NCBI RefSeq assembly: GCF_024521635.1
Contig: NW_026250406.1
Coordinates: 310,001-374,000, forward strand
Direction of reading: 5' to 3'
Source of the DNA: Tricharina praecox
Lineage: Eukaryota
Length of the DNA: 64,000 bases
Shown here: one piece after another, positions 46,767 to 60,900 of the stretch
How the letters are laid out: every line of letters begins with the position of its first letter
How positions within the stretch are numbered: the stretch's first letter is position 1
The notes under the pieces: model-generated
The model's input: only the letters and a program-made list of their open reading frames with translations
What the model was told of the DNA's origin: nothing
The model's database searches: none
Made by a program: the position numbers and the translations under genes

Positions 46767-49700
46767 TGTGACACTTCGAAAGGTATCGGAGGTCACGACG
46801 GTCGCAAGAGATGTGATTAGATAGTCCGGGTGGTTAGAATAGAGCTACGAGCCCAAGGGATGGTTAGAAGCGATCAAGGACAAGATAGGAAGGAGGAAGC
46901 AAACGGATTCCAGAGTCTAGACAGTGATCGGAGATGCGCGTGATCGGATAACAGTCCAGAGGACTTTGAGATCTTCGTTCATAGGGCCCCGCAGTAGGAA
47001 CTCCGATCCAGGGAAAAACTGTCATGACGAGAGGATCGAACATCGACATATGGGGGCAGACAACTTTGAGCGAAGAACTCTGCCGGCGCATGAGGGAGAT
47101 AATAGCTCGGGAACTCCGATCTCTCTTGGGCGCGCGGTGTTTACCACCTGCCTAGTCGAGAAGACACTCCGAAGAGGGCTGATGACAACTTAAGGCTAGG
47201 CCGCGGAACTCCGATGCAAAGGAAGCAACGGAGCTACGTTAGGCCGCACTCTAGAGGAATCACGTGCTGAGGATCGGGACGACTATAAGTCGAACCGAGC
47301 GGGCAACCGAACTAAAACACAAATCATCGCACCGAACAAACCATTGGAGAAACACCCTTAAGATTATTCGGTTGTGAATTATCGAAATCCCTGACTTTTA
47401 TTCTACGCTCCATAATATCATAGACTCCGAAGACACAAACTCGTTCCAGTCTCACACTATAATCTTAAGGTTACAGTCACCGTTTGCTATCGAAATGTGC
47501 TCCTCAAACCTCGACATGCTCCGTCTCGAACTTCCTCAGACCCTGAGCAATGCGCTCGTTAGCATCCCGCAAGCATCCGAAACTGTCGAAGTACGGAACC
47601 CGGCAGCCTGGCTCAGGCTGATGAACCACCAATACCAAACGGCACAAAGAGACCTGCGCCAACTTTACCAAGCATGCGATCAGAAGTTAAACAAAGAGGA
47701 GTCCAGAATGCAGGAAATCAGAAGGAACTACGAACAACTCTGCTATGGGGTCAAGTATGTGTACAACCTCTACGCTCACAATGCCGAAATGAATACAGAA
47801 TAGCTGCGGACCGAGCTGTCAACGGTACTAAACGCGACGAACGCTCTGAGCAGCGACGTATGGGTAGTCATTCGAGAACGTAACCAAAAAGATGAAGACA
47901 ACCGCGAGCTGCAAAGCGTCGCACACGCTCGGCTACAAGATGCCATCGTGTTCCACGAAACTGCGCAAGTCGAACAACGCAGGGAGAAAGCGGTGTACAA
48001 CCGCAACGTGGAAATTTGGGCAGGGAAACAGGAAGAGAAGGCAGAATACCTCTACAAAGAGCAACAGCGAATCAAGGAAAAAATCGCTCGAGCGGAGAAA
48101 AAATTAAAGGCTGTAGAGGTAAGGACAGGGAAGGCGAAGGAAAAGGCCCCAGAGTGGGTAAACACCACCCCAAGAGGAGGATCGCGGGCAGAAAGATCAG
48201 CAACAAGGGAAACTCCGGCAGGTTCAGGAATGTCCCCTCCTCCTCCACCCCCAAGACGTCTGATGACTAACCTTGTAGGTGATCGCTCGGATGAGGATCA
48301 TTGGATGATGACGGTTTCATCCCCTTGCCGCGTCGTTCGCCGCCCCGTCACCGAAACGCCCCGCTACCAAGAGAAAACCACGAAGACGAGGAGAGTCGCT
48401 TCGCTCGGATCATTGCTGCTGCCGTCTCTGCATCGAACCCGAGGGCCATCAAGCTGAAGATGAAAGAGCCCAAGCCGTTCGATGGCAAGCAGAAGACAGC
48501 CTTCCGTCCATGGTGGGACTCAGTCGAAGAATATCTTGAGTTCCACCCAGAGTCAAACGAGCAGCAGAAGATAGCATGGGTGGGATCCCGACTGGAAGGA
48601 ACAGCGGCAGAATGGCATCAAGCCCGTCGAAAAAGCCTGAGGCAGCTACACTTGGAAGATACGTGGCAGGCGTACCAAGAGGCACCCAAGGAGGCGTACC
48701 GCGACACGCAGCAAGGAGCGAATGCATTAAGCAGGATGTGGGCCCTCGAATACAAAGCAGACATCCAGGCTTACATGACCTCCTTCCGATCACTCAACAT
48801 GATCGCTCGCGCCAGAGGCGAACCGCTACACGACATAGTCAACCAGGCCATGACCACCGACATCGTCGACATGTGCTTTAACCAGCACACCGAACCCTAC
48901 GAAGACGATGAAGAATTCCTGGAAACGGTGCTCAGGGCTGGCAACCATGTGGAACGGCGGGATGCGCTGAAGAAGGCAAGGGCAATGAGGAAAGGGGGAT
49001 CGGGTAGCCAGGGTTCCGGCGGCGACCGGAAGGGACCTGGCAACGGCCGGCAGGGCCAAGGAAAGGGCAGAGACCCCGGGGGCCGCAAGGAAAGCGGGGT
49101 GTCCCCGGAGGGCCGAAAGTCCAAGGAAGCAACAGGGGTCAGGAAGGGAAGGACAAGGGAAGGGGACATCTACGCAGGAGCAAAGAAGGCTCTGGTAGGG
49201 GTTCCCCAGAAGGAGATCGATGCCCACAAAGCATCCAAGTGCGACTGTTGGTGTTGCGGACGAGACGGCCACCGCACCTTCCAATGCTACGCCAGAAAAA
49301 CAGTCGCTGGTACCCAGCTCCCCGAGAGTCCAAAGGTGTCATCCGTGACAAAGAGAAAGCGGGACACCCAGGATTCCGAACCCACCCGGCCAAGGTCCAA
49401 GCAACACAAGGCTGCGGCGGTTGTGGTGGAGGATGAAGCAATGACGGAGGCGCCTCCATTCTGGGAGAGGAATGAGAGCGAGCCGGAGGATTTTTGAGCG
49501 GCCCCAGCACTTCGCAGACTGGACGGCCAAGTGAATATGTTTGCGGAACGAAGAGACCACGGCTTCAGGATATTGACAGCGAATCCAGAGATAAGCGAAG
49601 ACGAACGGACCAACCTATTTCTACAAGTCCAACCGCGCCGAGCGCCTCAGGGTGTGCGCCCCCAAAACCTGTCAGCGGACCACGACCAATCATACAAATG

Positions 49701-51267
49701 ATGCTCCTCTGGTCTGAGCACAAGCGACGACGGATCTGAGTACTCCTCGACACGGGATGTGCCATTACGATCATCAAACGAAGCTTTGCACGGGAACTTG
49801 GGTTGCCCCTCATTCAACGACCCAAGCCAGTGGAAATCAAGGACTTCCATGGAACCATAGTGGAAGGAGCCGGGGAATATTATACAATGCCGATGGTCGT
49901 CCAACACCGGAGAAACTACACCAACGGAACCTTCGAAGTGGCTCCCTTGGACGACTGTGATGCCTACCTCCCGTATTGGTGGATGGCTAAGCATGAACCG
50001 ACAGGGTTCTGGGAGAATGAAGCACAGAAAATTCGCTTTACCAGCACCTGATGCAAGGAACAATGCACCTTGCAATAAGCAACTAGCTTTCCGATGGAAC
50101 TTGACACATCTGTCGTTCACAATTCAGAGGCTCGCATTATTGGATACGTCATAGCTGGCCCGGAATCAGATCCACCCATCAATCTGCTTCCGGAGAAATA
50201 CAGACGATATGCCAACCTCATGAGCAAGGAGGCAGCCGATAAGCTTCTTGACCACATGTCCTACGACCACGCAATCGATCTCAAGGAAGGAGAGACTCCT
50301 CCATGTGGTCCTATCTATGCGCTGTCAGAGAAAGAACTTGAGGCCCTCAGGGAGTGGCTCAAGGAGATGCTCCAGACAGGCAAGATTCGAAGATCCAAAT
50401 CACCAGCCGGGGCGCCGATATTATTTGTACCAAAGGCGCACGGCAGGGGTCTCCGATTGTGTGTCGACTATCGCGGTATCAACAAGATTACCGTAGCCAA
50501 TCGCTACCCACTCCCTATCATGGCAGAGTTGCAAGACCGAGTCAGGGGTGCGAAAGTCTTCACCAAGATTGATCTGAAGAATGGCTATCACCTCATCTGC
50601 ATCAAGGAAGGTGACGAGTGGAAGACGGCTTACCGCTGTCGATACGGACTATTTGAGTTTTTGGTCATGCCGTTTTGGCTGACCAACGCGCCAGCGACCT
50701 TACAGGACATGATTAACCACATATTTCGGGATATGTTGGACCTGGGACTGGTTGCGTACATCGATGACCTCCTCATCTATGCGAAGACGCAGGAAGAGCA
50801 TGACAAGATAGTCATCGAGGTAATCAAGAGGTTAGCAGACAATAAGTTGGCAATCTCACCAGAAAAGTGTGTCAGGTTGACGGGGTGAGTCGAGTTCCTA
50901 GGATACGTGATATCCCCAGATGGAATTGAGATGGCTAAGGACAAGGTGGAATCTGTGCTCTCGTGGAAGGCGCCGCGGTCCCTCCAGGAAGTACAAGCTT
51001 TACCTGGGTACGCCAATTTCTACAGGCGCTTCATCAAGGATTTCTCAAAGATCACGAGAGCCTTGACCGAGAGCACAAAAGAAAAAGGGAAAGATTGGAG
51101 ATGGACAGGGGAGATGGAACTGGCCTTCGAAGAGCTGAAGTCCAGGTTCACCACGGCACCGATTCTCGGGCACTACAACCCAGAACTACCTGTCGTGGTG
51201 GAATCCGACACTTCGGACTCCGCGTTGGGCGCAGTCCTGTCTCAAAGGGCAGAAGATGGGAAGTTAC
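46767..51267 (+). mobile_element. Element D: 3'-truncated defective family 2 copy (5' LTR 46767-47456, gag, PR, RT, start of RNase H)
   Basis: Colinear with C; stops at 47801, 49737, 50049 and 50886, plus a frameshift near 48300. Confidence 0.92.
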
Positions 51268-51602
51268 TGTGACACAGGAACCAGTACGGTTGTCGGAGTC
51301 AATTGATAGTATAAAATAAAGATGAAAATAGATAGTATTCTTTCTTTCACAAACGGAATAATCTTAAGGGGTAGTGTCGATGGTTCTCTGGTTGCTCATT
51401 CTGATGATGAATCTTTCGCCGTGTCGTCGGAAGTCTATATAGTTGGGTGATTTGGTCGAGCCACGTACCAGCCGTTGCCGTAGCTTCTTGCCGGATGGAA
51501 ACTCTGGCGTGAAATCTCTGCACTTGGTGCGGAGACTTTCTCCGCCATGTCATCAGAGTTGTCGTAAGCCTTCAGGATAGTTTATACAAACTAGGCAGGT
51601 AT
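51268..51602 (-). mobile_element. Fragment of a diverged family 2-related LTR
   Basis: TGTGACACAGGAAC..GTCGGAGTC..CGGAATAATCTTAAGGG..CTAGGCAGGT match the family 2 LTR reverse complement at low identity. Confidence 0.7.
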
Positions 51603-54600
51603 TGTGCGACTGGAACGGGTTTGCGTCGTCGGAGTCTATGGTAGTATCGAGTGTAGAATAAAAGTCAGGGATTTCGATAATTCACAACGGAATAATCTTA
51701 AGGGTGTTTCTTTGATGGTTTGTTTGGTGCGATGATTGTAGTTTGGTTTGGTTGCCCGCTCAATTCGACTTATAGTGGTTTTGATCCTCTGCACGTGATT
51801 TCTCTAGAGTGCGGCCTAACGTAGCTCCGTTGCTTCCTTTGCATCGGAGTTCCGCGGCCTAACCTTGAGTCGTCGTCAGCTCTCTTCGGATAGTCTTCTC
51901 GACTAGGCAGGTGGTAAACACCACGCGCCCAAGATAGATCGGAGTTTCCGAGCAATTATCTCCCTCATGCGCCGGCAGAGTTCTTCGCTCGAAGTTGTCT
52001 GCCTCCATCGGTCGATGTTCGATCCTCTCGTCATGACAGTTTTTCCCTGGATCGGAGTTCCTACTGCGGGGCCCTATGAACGAAGATCTCAAAGTCCTCT
52101 GGACTGTTATCCGATCACGCGCATCAGCGATCACTGTCTAGACTCTGGAATCCGTTTGCTTCCTCCTTCCTATCTTGTCCTTGATCGCTTCTAACCATCC
52201 CTTGGGCTCGTAGCTCTATTCTAACCACCCGGACTATCTAATCACATCTCTTGCGACCGTCGTGTCCTCCGATACCTATCGGGGTGTCACACCATCTCCC
52301 CTCCCACGAGGCTTCGGCCCGAAGCACCCAAGTCCTCGCCTTTATCCTAACTTGATAACTGTGGATGAAGTCCTCCATCCCCTTCATCCTACTACCTGCC
52401 CGAGTTCGAGAAAACCACATGGGAAAAAACTCTTACTCATCTGTGAGCCGGTAGTCCCTCGGCGCACCGGGATTTTTGTGATGAAACTCGCGTAGCTTTT
52501 CCCGACCGCCTACTGAGAAGTTGTCGAATGACTCGTTCGTCCAGTCCCGTCGTTCGGGGTAGTTGAGCCATTTGACGAGGTAGAGCACTCGTCGACCTTT
52601 CTTCGAGCTGCCCATAACCTCATCGACGCCGTATTCTTCGTTGCCTTCCACATCATCGGCCTCTCGTAAGATTTGAGAGGGATCCGGTGGTGCTCAGGTG
52701 CCGGCTCGGAACGGTTCAACGAGCGAGACGTGAAAGACATTATGAATCTTCCACTTCCTTGGCAGAGTGAGCTTGACAGCGAGCGGCGATGCGATCTTCT
52801 CGATTTGGAAGGGGCCATGGTTCTTGTGGTCCAACTTCCGTGAGGGTCGGCGGGTTTGAATGTTCCGCCCGTTGAGCATCACCAAGTCTCCTACTTGATA
52901 AGCCGGTGCCTCCTGACGATATTGATCTGCATACTTGCGCATTCGTTCGCGCGTTCGTTCCAGGGTCTTGATGTTGTCCTCATGGACTGTATGCATCCAG
53001 TGAGCGTAGACCTTGCTGGCGGGGTTGAGCGAATTTGCCGCAGCAGGGTTTGTCGCCGAAGGGTGGTATCCGAAATTTGCATAGAATGGCGACATTCCGG
53101 TTGCCGATGTAACCGAGTTGTTGTAGGCAAACTCAGCCATCGGTAGGAGATTCACCCAATCGTTCTGCTTGTAGTTGACGAAGGAGCGGAGGTATGCTTC
53201 GGTCGTCTGGTTGAGGCGTTCCGTTTGTCCATCCGTCTGTGGGTGGAACGCTGTAGACATCCGGGGCTTAATGCCTAGCAGCCGGATAAATTCTTTCCAT
53301 GTACCCGAGGTAAACCGTGAGTCTCGATCCGACACTATGTCTGCTGATAATCCGTGAAAGCGCCATATCTCCCGGGCAACAATCTCCGCGAGATCCTCGG
53401 CTATCTTTCCATCCTTAGGTAGGGGGATGAAATATGCCATCTTGCTGAAGGGGTCGACGACCATCCATAGCTGGTTGCATCCGTTGGATTCCGGGAGGTC
53501 GGTAATGAAGTCCATGCCTATTGATTGCCATGGGGTGTATGGTAACTCGAGGGGATTGAGTAGTCCATACGGCTGGTGCCTTGTTGCTTTGCCCTTCTGA
53601 CACTGCGCGCAACTCCGGACGAAGTCCATAATCTGCTCGTCCATCTTTGGCCACCAGAAATTGCGTCGGATAAGTTCGATAGTCTTGTCCTGGCCCATAT
53701 GCCCTGCGACTTTCGTATTGTGTTCCGGCTCGAGGATGTGTCTGACGGGTTCCTTGTCGTCTGGTACCCATAGCCTTTCTTTCCTATACAGGCACCCCTC
53801 TTCTATCCTCAAAATCCTGGCCTTTCGACCCATCCTGCCGGAGTCCCTACTCTCGGCGGCCAGCTCCCAGGCCTTTCGGCCCTCCGGCTCAGCGTCCTTC
53901 TGAGCCGCGTCCTCGTTCGTGTCCTTGATGCTACTCAGAGCCTCCTGATACCCAGCATCTTTCTTTCCTGCCTTCCTGACCCAACCCAGAAATTCTTCAT
54001 TCCACTTTGGTGCGGGGATTGATTGTAGTCGAGTTGACGAAACCAGAAACACGGTGCTCTCGCCTCCGGTGCTGATTGATGAAACTCTCGAATCGTCACC
54101 TGCAAAGTGTGATTTATGCAGGATCGTCGTAATCAGCTGATGTTCACCCCCCCCTTTTTCAGGGCGGTACTCCGGGCGCCTGGATAATGTGTCAGGCTTG
54201 CCGTTCTGGCTGCCGGGCCGGTAGTAGATTTTGAAGTCGATGCCAGCGAGTTCTTGCGCCCATCTCGCCTGCCGTCGATTGAGTACTTTCGTGGTTGTGA
54301 AGTACTCAAGGTTCTGGTGGTCGCTGTACACCTAGATCTGGTGTTTTGCTCCCTCGAGAGATTGCCGCCAGCGTTTGAAAGAGTCTACTATCGCGAGTAG
54401 TTCCTTATCGTGAATCTCAAAGTTGATTTCGGCTGGGGTAAACTTTCTTGAGTGGAACGCAACTGGGTGTAACTTCCCATCCTCTGTCTTTTGAGACAGG
54501 ACCGCGCCCAACGCGAAGTCCGAAGCGTGGGATTCCACCACGACCGGTAATTCTGGGTTGAAGTGCCCGAGAATCGGTGCCGTGGTGAACCTGGACTTCA

Positions 54601-57600
54601 GCTCCTCGAAGGCCAGTTCCATCTCCCCTGTCCATCTCCAATCTTTCCCTTTTTCTTTCGTGCTCTCGGTCAAGGGTCTCGTGATCTTTGAGAAATCCTT
54701 GATGAAGCACCTGTAGAAATTGGCGTACCCAGGTAAGGCTTGTACTTCCTGGAGGGACCGCGGCGCCTTCCACGAGAGCACAGATTCCACCTTGTCCTTA
54801 GCCATCTCAATTCCATCTGGGGATATCACGTATCCTAGGAACTCGACTCACCCCGTCAACCTGACACACTTTTCTGGTGAGATTGCCAACTTATTGTCTG
54901 CTAACCTCTTGATTACCTCGATGACTATCTTGTCATGCTCTTCCTGCGTCTTCGCATAGATGAGGAGGTCATCGATGTACGCAACCAGTCCCAGGTCCAA
55001 CATATCCCGAAATATGTGGTTAATCATGTCCTGTAAGGTCGCTGGCGCGTTGGTCAGCCAAAACGGCATGACCAAAAACTCAAATAGTCCGTATCGACAG
55101 CGGTAAGCCGTCTTCCACTCGTCACCTTCCTTGATGCAGATGAGGTGATAGCCATTCTTCAGATCAATCTTGGTGAAGACTTTCGCACCCCTGACTCGGT
55201 CTTGCAACTCTGCCATGATAGGGAGTGGGTAGCGATTGGCTACGGTAATCTTGTTGATACCGCGATAGTCGACACACAATCGGAGACCCCTGCCGTGCGC
55301 CTTTGGTACAAATAATATCGGCGCCCCGGCTGGTGATTTGGATCTTCGAATCTTGCCTGTCTGGAGCATCTCCTTGAGCCACTCCCTGAGGGCCTCAAGT
55401 TCTTTCTCTGACAGCGCATAGATAGGACCACATGGAGGAGTCTCTCCTTCCTTGAGATCGATTGCGTGGTCGTAGGACATGTGGTCAAGAAGCTTATTGG
55501 CTGCCTCCTTGCTCATGATGTTGGCATATCGGCTAAACTTCCCCGGAAGCAGACTCATAGGTGGATCTGATTCCGGGTCGGCGGAGACGTATCCGATAAT
55601 GCGAGTGTGAGACTGGAACGAGTTTGTGTCGTCGGAGTCTATGGTGATATCGAATGTAGAATAAAAGTCAGGGATTTCGATAATTCACAACGGAATAATC
55701 TTGAGGGTGTTTGTTCGATGGTTTGTTCGGTGCGATGATTGTGTTTTTTGGTTCGGCTGCCCGCTCGGTTCGACTTATAGTCGCCCCGATCCACTGCAGG
55801 TGATTCCTTCAGAGTGCGGCCCAACGTAGCTCTGTTGCTTCCTTTGCATCGGAGTCCCGCGGCCTAGCCTTGAGTCGCCGTCAGCTCTCTTCGGATAGTC
55901 TTCCCGACCAGGCAGGAGGTAAACACCACGCGCCCAAGATAGATCGGAGTTTCCGAGCAATTATCTCCCTCATGCGCCGGCAGAGTTCTTCGCTCCAAGT
56001 TCTCTGCCCCCATCGGTCGATGTTCAATTCTCTCGTCATAACAGCTTTTCGCTGGATCGGAGTCCCTACTGCGGGGCCCTATGAACGGAGATCTCAAAGT
56101 TCTCTTGACTGATATCCGGATCTCCCGGATCTCCGATCACTGTCTAAACTCTGGAATGCGGTTGCTCCCTCCTTGCTATCTTGTCCTTAATCGCTTCTAA
56201 CTATCCTTTCGGCTCGCAACTCTATTTCAATCAGCCGGACTATCTAATCATATCTCTTGCGACCGTCGTGACCTCCGATACCTATCGGGGTGTCACAGCG
56301 AGCTTCCGAATTGTGAACGGCAGACGTGTCAAATGCAATCGGAAAGCTCGTTGCTTGGTGCAAGGTACATTGTTCATTGTATCGGGCACTAGTGAAGCAG
56401 ATTTCCTGTGCGTCATTAGTCTAGAACCCCGCCTATTCATACTTAGCCATCCATCAATACGGGAGGTAGGCATCACGGTCGTTCAAGGGAGCCACTTCGA
56501 AGGTTTCATTAGTGTAGTGTCTTCGGTGTCGGAGGAGCATCGGCATTGTATAACATTCCCTGGCTCCTTCCACTATGGTTTCGTGGAAACCCTTGATCTC
56601 TTCCGGCTTTTGTCTTTGAATGAGGGGCAACCCAAGTTGTCGAGCGTGGCTTCGTTTGATCATCGGAATGGCACATCCTGTGTCGCGGAGTACTCGGATT
56701 CGTCGTCGCTTGTGTTTAGACCAGAGAAGCATCATTTCTATGATAGGCCGTGGTCCGCTCACAACGTTTGGGGGCTTACACCCTGTGGCGCTCGGCGCGA
56801 TTGAACTGGTAGTAACAGGTCGGTCCGTCCGTCTTTGCTTATCTCTGGGTTGGCTGTCGATATCCTGAGGCCGTGGTCTCTTCGTACGCAAACATATACA
56901 CTTGGCCGCCCAGTCTGCGGAGTGCTGGGGCCGCTCAAAAATCCTGCGGCTCACTCATATTCATTTCCCAGAATGAATGGGCCTCCGTCATCGCTTCATC
57001 CTCAACCACAACCGCCGCAGCCTTGTGTTGCTGGGACCTCAGTTGAGTGGGTCCGGCGTCCTGAGTGTCCCACTTTCTCTTTGTCACGGACGACACCTTT
57101 GGACTCTCGGGGAGTTCAGTACCCGCGACTGTCTTCCTGACGTAGCATTGGAAGGTTCGGTGGCCATCTCGCCCGCAACGCCAACAGTCGCACTTGGATC
57201 CTTTGTGGGCATCAATCTCCTTCTGGGGAAGCCCTACCAGTGCTTTCTTTGCTCCCGCGTAGATGTCCCCATGCCTTGTTCACCCCTTCCTGACCCCAGT
57301 TGCTTCCTTGGCCTTTCGGCTCTCCGAGGACTCCCCGCTTTCCTTGCGGCCCCCAAGGTCTCTGCCGTTTCCTGAGACGTGCCGGACGTTGTCAGGGCCC
57401 TTCCAGTCGCCGTCAGAACCCTGGCTACCCGATCCCCCTTGCCTTATTACCTTCGCCTTTTTTAGCGCCTCCTGTCGTTCCACATGGTTAGCAGCCCTGA
57501 GCACCGTTTCCAGGAATTCTTCATCGTCATCGTAGGGTTCGGTGTGCTGGTCAAAGGATATGTTGAGGATGCCGGTGGTCATCGCCTGGTTCACTATGTC

Positions 57601-59665
57601 TTGTAGCGGTTAACTGGTGGTGGGTGCAACCATATTGAGCGATTGGAAGGAGGTCATATAAGCCTGAATGTCTCCTTTGCATTCGAGGGCCCACATCCTT
57701 CTTAATGCGTTCGCTCATCCCTACGTGTCGCGGTACGTCCCCTTGGGTGCCTCTTAGTGCGCCTGCCACGTATCTTCCAAGTGTAGCTGCCTCAGTCTTT
57801 TTCGACGGGCCTGATGCCATTCTGCCGCTGTTGCTTCCAGTCGGGATCCCACCCATGCTATCTTCTGCTGCTGGTTTGACTCTGGGTGCAACTCAAGATA
57901 TTCTTCGACTGAGTCCAACCATGGACGGAGGGCTGTCCTCTGCTTGTCATTGAACGGCTTAGGGTCTTTCATCTTGAGCTTGATGGCCTTCGGGTTGGAT
58001 GAAGAGACGGCGGCAGCGATGATCCAAGCGAAGCGCCTCTTCTTGTCTTCGCCGCCTTCTCTTGGTAGCGAGGCGTTTTGGTGACGGGGCGGCGAACAAT
58101 GCGGCAAGGGGATGGAGTCGTCATCATCTGATGATTCATCATCCCAGGGATCACCTCCAAAATTAGTCACCAGACGTTTTGGAGATGGAGTAGGAGGGGA
58201 CATTTCTGCACCTGCCGGAGTTTCCGTTGTCGCTGCTCTTTCTGCCCGCGATCCTCCTCTTGGGGTGGTGTTCACCCACTCTGGGGCCTTTTCCTTCACC
58301 TTCCCTGTCCTTACCTCTACAGCCTTCCATTTTTTCTCTGCTCAAGCAAACTTTTGCTTGATTCGCTGTTGCTCTTTGTAGAGGTATACTGCCTTTTCTT
58401 CCTGTTTGCCGGCCCAAATTTCCCCATTGCGGTTGTACAGCGCTTGCTGCCTGCGGTTTTCTACTTGGGCGGTTTTGAGGAACACGATGGTGTCTTCTAG
58501 CCAAGCGTTTGCAACGCTTTGCCGCGCGCTGCTGTCTTCGTCCTTCTGGTTACGTTCTTGAATGACTGCCCGTCACCACTGTTTTGGGCGTGCGTCGTGT
58601 TCGCTACCGTAGACAGCTAGGTTCGAACCAATTCTGTATTCGATTTGGTGTTGTGAGCGTGGAGGTTGTACACATACTCGGCTCCATTGCAGAGTTGTTC
58701 GTAGTTCCTTCTGATTTCCTGCATTCGCGAATCTTCTTCGTTGAAGTTCTGATCGCAGGATCGGTTTAGTTGGCGCAGGTCTCTTTGTGCCATTTGGTGA
58801 TGGTACATTAGCCAGAGCCAGGCTGCTGAATTTCGTACTTCGACGGTTTTGGATGCTTGCCGGATGCTAACGAGCGCATTGCTCAGGGTCTGAGGAAGTT
58901 CGAGACGGAGCTTACTGAGGTTTGAGGAGGACATTTCGATAAAAATAGGTGACTGTAACCGCAGGGTGTTAGTGTGGGACTGGAACGAGTCAGATTCGAC
59001 GGAGTCTATCGTAATATCGAGTGTAGAATAAAAGTCAGAGAGTTCCATGATTCACAATAATATAATTTCAAGGGTGTTTCTTTGATGGTTGTTCTGTGCG
59101 ATGATTGTGTTTGGTTCAGTTGCCAGCTCGGTTCGACACTTATATACGTCCCGGTCCTTGGCACGTGATTTCTCTAGAGTGCAGCCTGATGCGGCTGGGT
59201 TGCTCCCTTTGCATCGGAGTTCACCGCGGCCTCACCTTAAGTCGCCGCCAACTCTCTTCGGTTATTCCTCCCGATTAGGCAGGTGGTAGACCCCACTCGC
59301 GCAAGATAGATCTGAGTTCCCGTGCAATTATCTTCCTCATGCGCCGGCAGAGTTCTGGGCTCAAAGTTCTCCGCCCCCATAGATCGATGTTTGATTCTCT
59401 CGTTATAACAGTTTTTCCCTCAATTGGAGTTCCTACAGCAAGGCCCTATCAACGGTGATCTCAAAGCCTTCTGGGCTGTTACCCCGATCACCCTCATCTC
59501 CGATCACTGTCTATACTCCGGAGTCTGTTTGCTCTTCTCCTTCCAGAACTTGTCCTCGATCGCTTCTAACTATCCCCTTGGCTTGCAACTCTATTCTAAT
59601 CACCCAACTATTTAAATACATCTCTTGCAACCGTCGTGATTCCCAATACCTATCGGGGTGTCACA
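51603..59665 (-). mobile_element. Element F: full-span but mosaic defective family 2 copy (3' LTR 51603-52291, 5' LTR 58973-59665)
   Basis: All domains in order on the minus strand; the gag half is far more decayed than the RT/IN half; flanks GGTAT / GACGG do not match. Confidence 0.88.
55606..56297 (-). mobile_element. Family 2 solo LTR inserted in F
   Basis: TG...CA termini, perfect TSD GCGAG at 55601-55605 and 56298-56302. Confidence 0.93.
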
Positions 59666-60900
59666 GACGGATACACCTTCTCGGAGCATGTCGAGCTCTG
59701 CATGCTCATCCTAATTGAGCTTGGAGACAAGCATCTGGAAGTCCGCAAAGCAGGAGGTGATCTCTTTGTTGTGTGGCTTCGGGTGATGGAGCTTGGCTTC
59801 AGCAGTGGCCGCTGGGTCGGTGTCACCAAATGCGTTGCTCAAGAATGATTAGCATCTGCGTCAGTGAAGGTGATGTTGAGGTTCTAGATGTATGGAAGTA
59901 TCTGGGCTTGGTTGTGGCCTTGCAAGCGGTTGAAGGCGTAGGCCATGCGGAGAGCTGGGGTGGGGAAAGGGGCTGTGTGGCTAGTCGAAGCGGCACAACG
60001 AACTCTTCCAGTTTCTCGCGTGTTCCGTCAAACATAGCGGGCCCAGGGACACTCTCAGCGCGGTTTTCAGGTTTGGCTTCAAAGTTGGCGAGGCGGTTGG
60101 CGATCCGGCAGATGTTCTTTGAGGCCGTCGGATTGCCAGGTTGATATCACTATCGGGAACAGGGTGATTGCGTGGCGGAGGATTTCAAATTTGTTCTACA
60201 ACCCCATCAGGGTTGCATCATAGGCGGGTGCATCATGATTGCCGATGATTTCAAGTTATTCGTAGATAGTGGCCTACATTTTCTTGGTAACAGGGGAGTG
60301 CCACTGGTTCATCCTCCTGATGAGGGAGGTGGGGTACTTCAGTATGGGAGGCGATGTTAATTCGGTAGGTGGAGAGATGGTAATAGCAACAAAGTGTACC
60401 GGCACGGTGGGGTTGGGCTGCAGATAGCAAAGACAGGTGGACAGATGGACAGGAACCAAGCTGGGCAAGGGAGACGCAAGGCGGGAAGACAAGGCAAGGC
60501 AGGACTCAGTGCCGTCCGCAACTGAGGGACAAGGGCAGCAACAGGAACTACCTCGCAGACGGCAGTCAACGCTAGGACAGAGGCAACAGCTGTTGGATAA
60601 ACAATTTATTTTGTATGAACTAAGAGGGGCAACGGCCCGTTTATATAGGGTTTCCTCCATACCTTCCAGCGACCTGATGATTGCCGTGGGCGTGTGCCAC
60701 ACCCTGAGATATCCACCTTGCCGATATCCCGGTTCCGTGCCTTATATCCAGCGCAGCCGCACCAACCCTGCTTCCAGCACACAGTCTCAATTCTCTGCGA
60801 CTCATCCTTGCACTGCCGGTGCACTGCCTTTGCACTGCCTCTCAACTCTTCCGATCCTTGCGCCGGCCCTTCCTACGTCATTCCGTTGCGAGCCGTGGAA
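59666..60900 (-). mobile_element. Element H: decayed family 1 5' part (gag N-half and 5' LTR ~60395-60900)
   Basis: MFDGTREKLE and EHAELDMLREGVS relics; LTR retains GGGGCAACGGCCCGTTTATATAGG. Confidence 0.82.
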
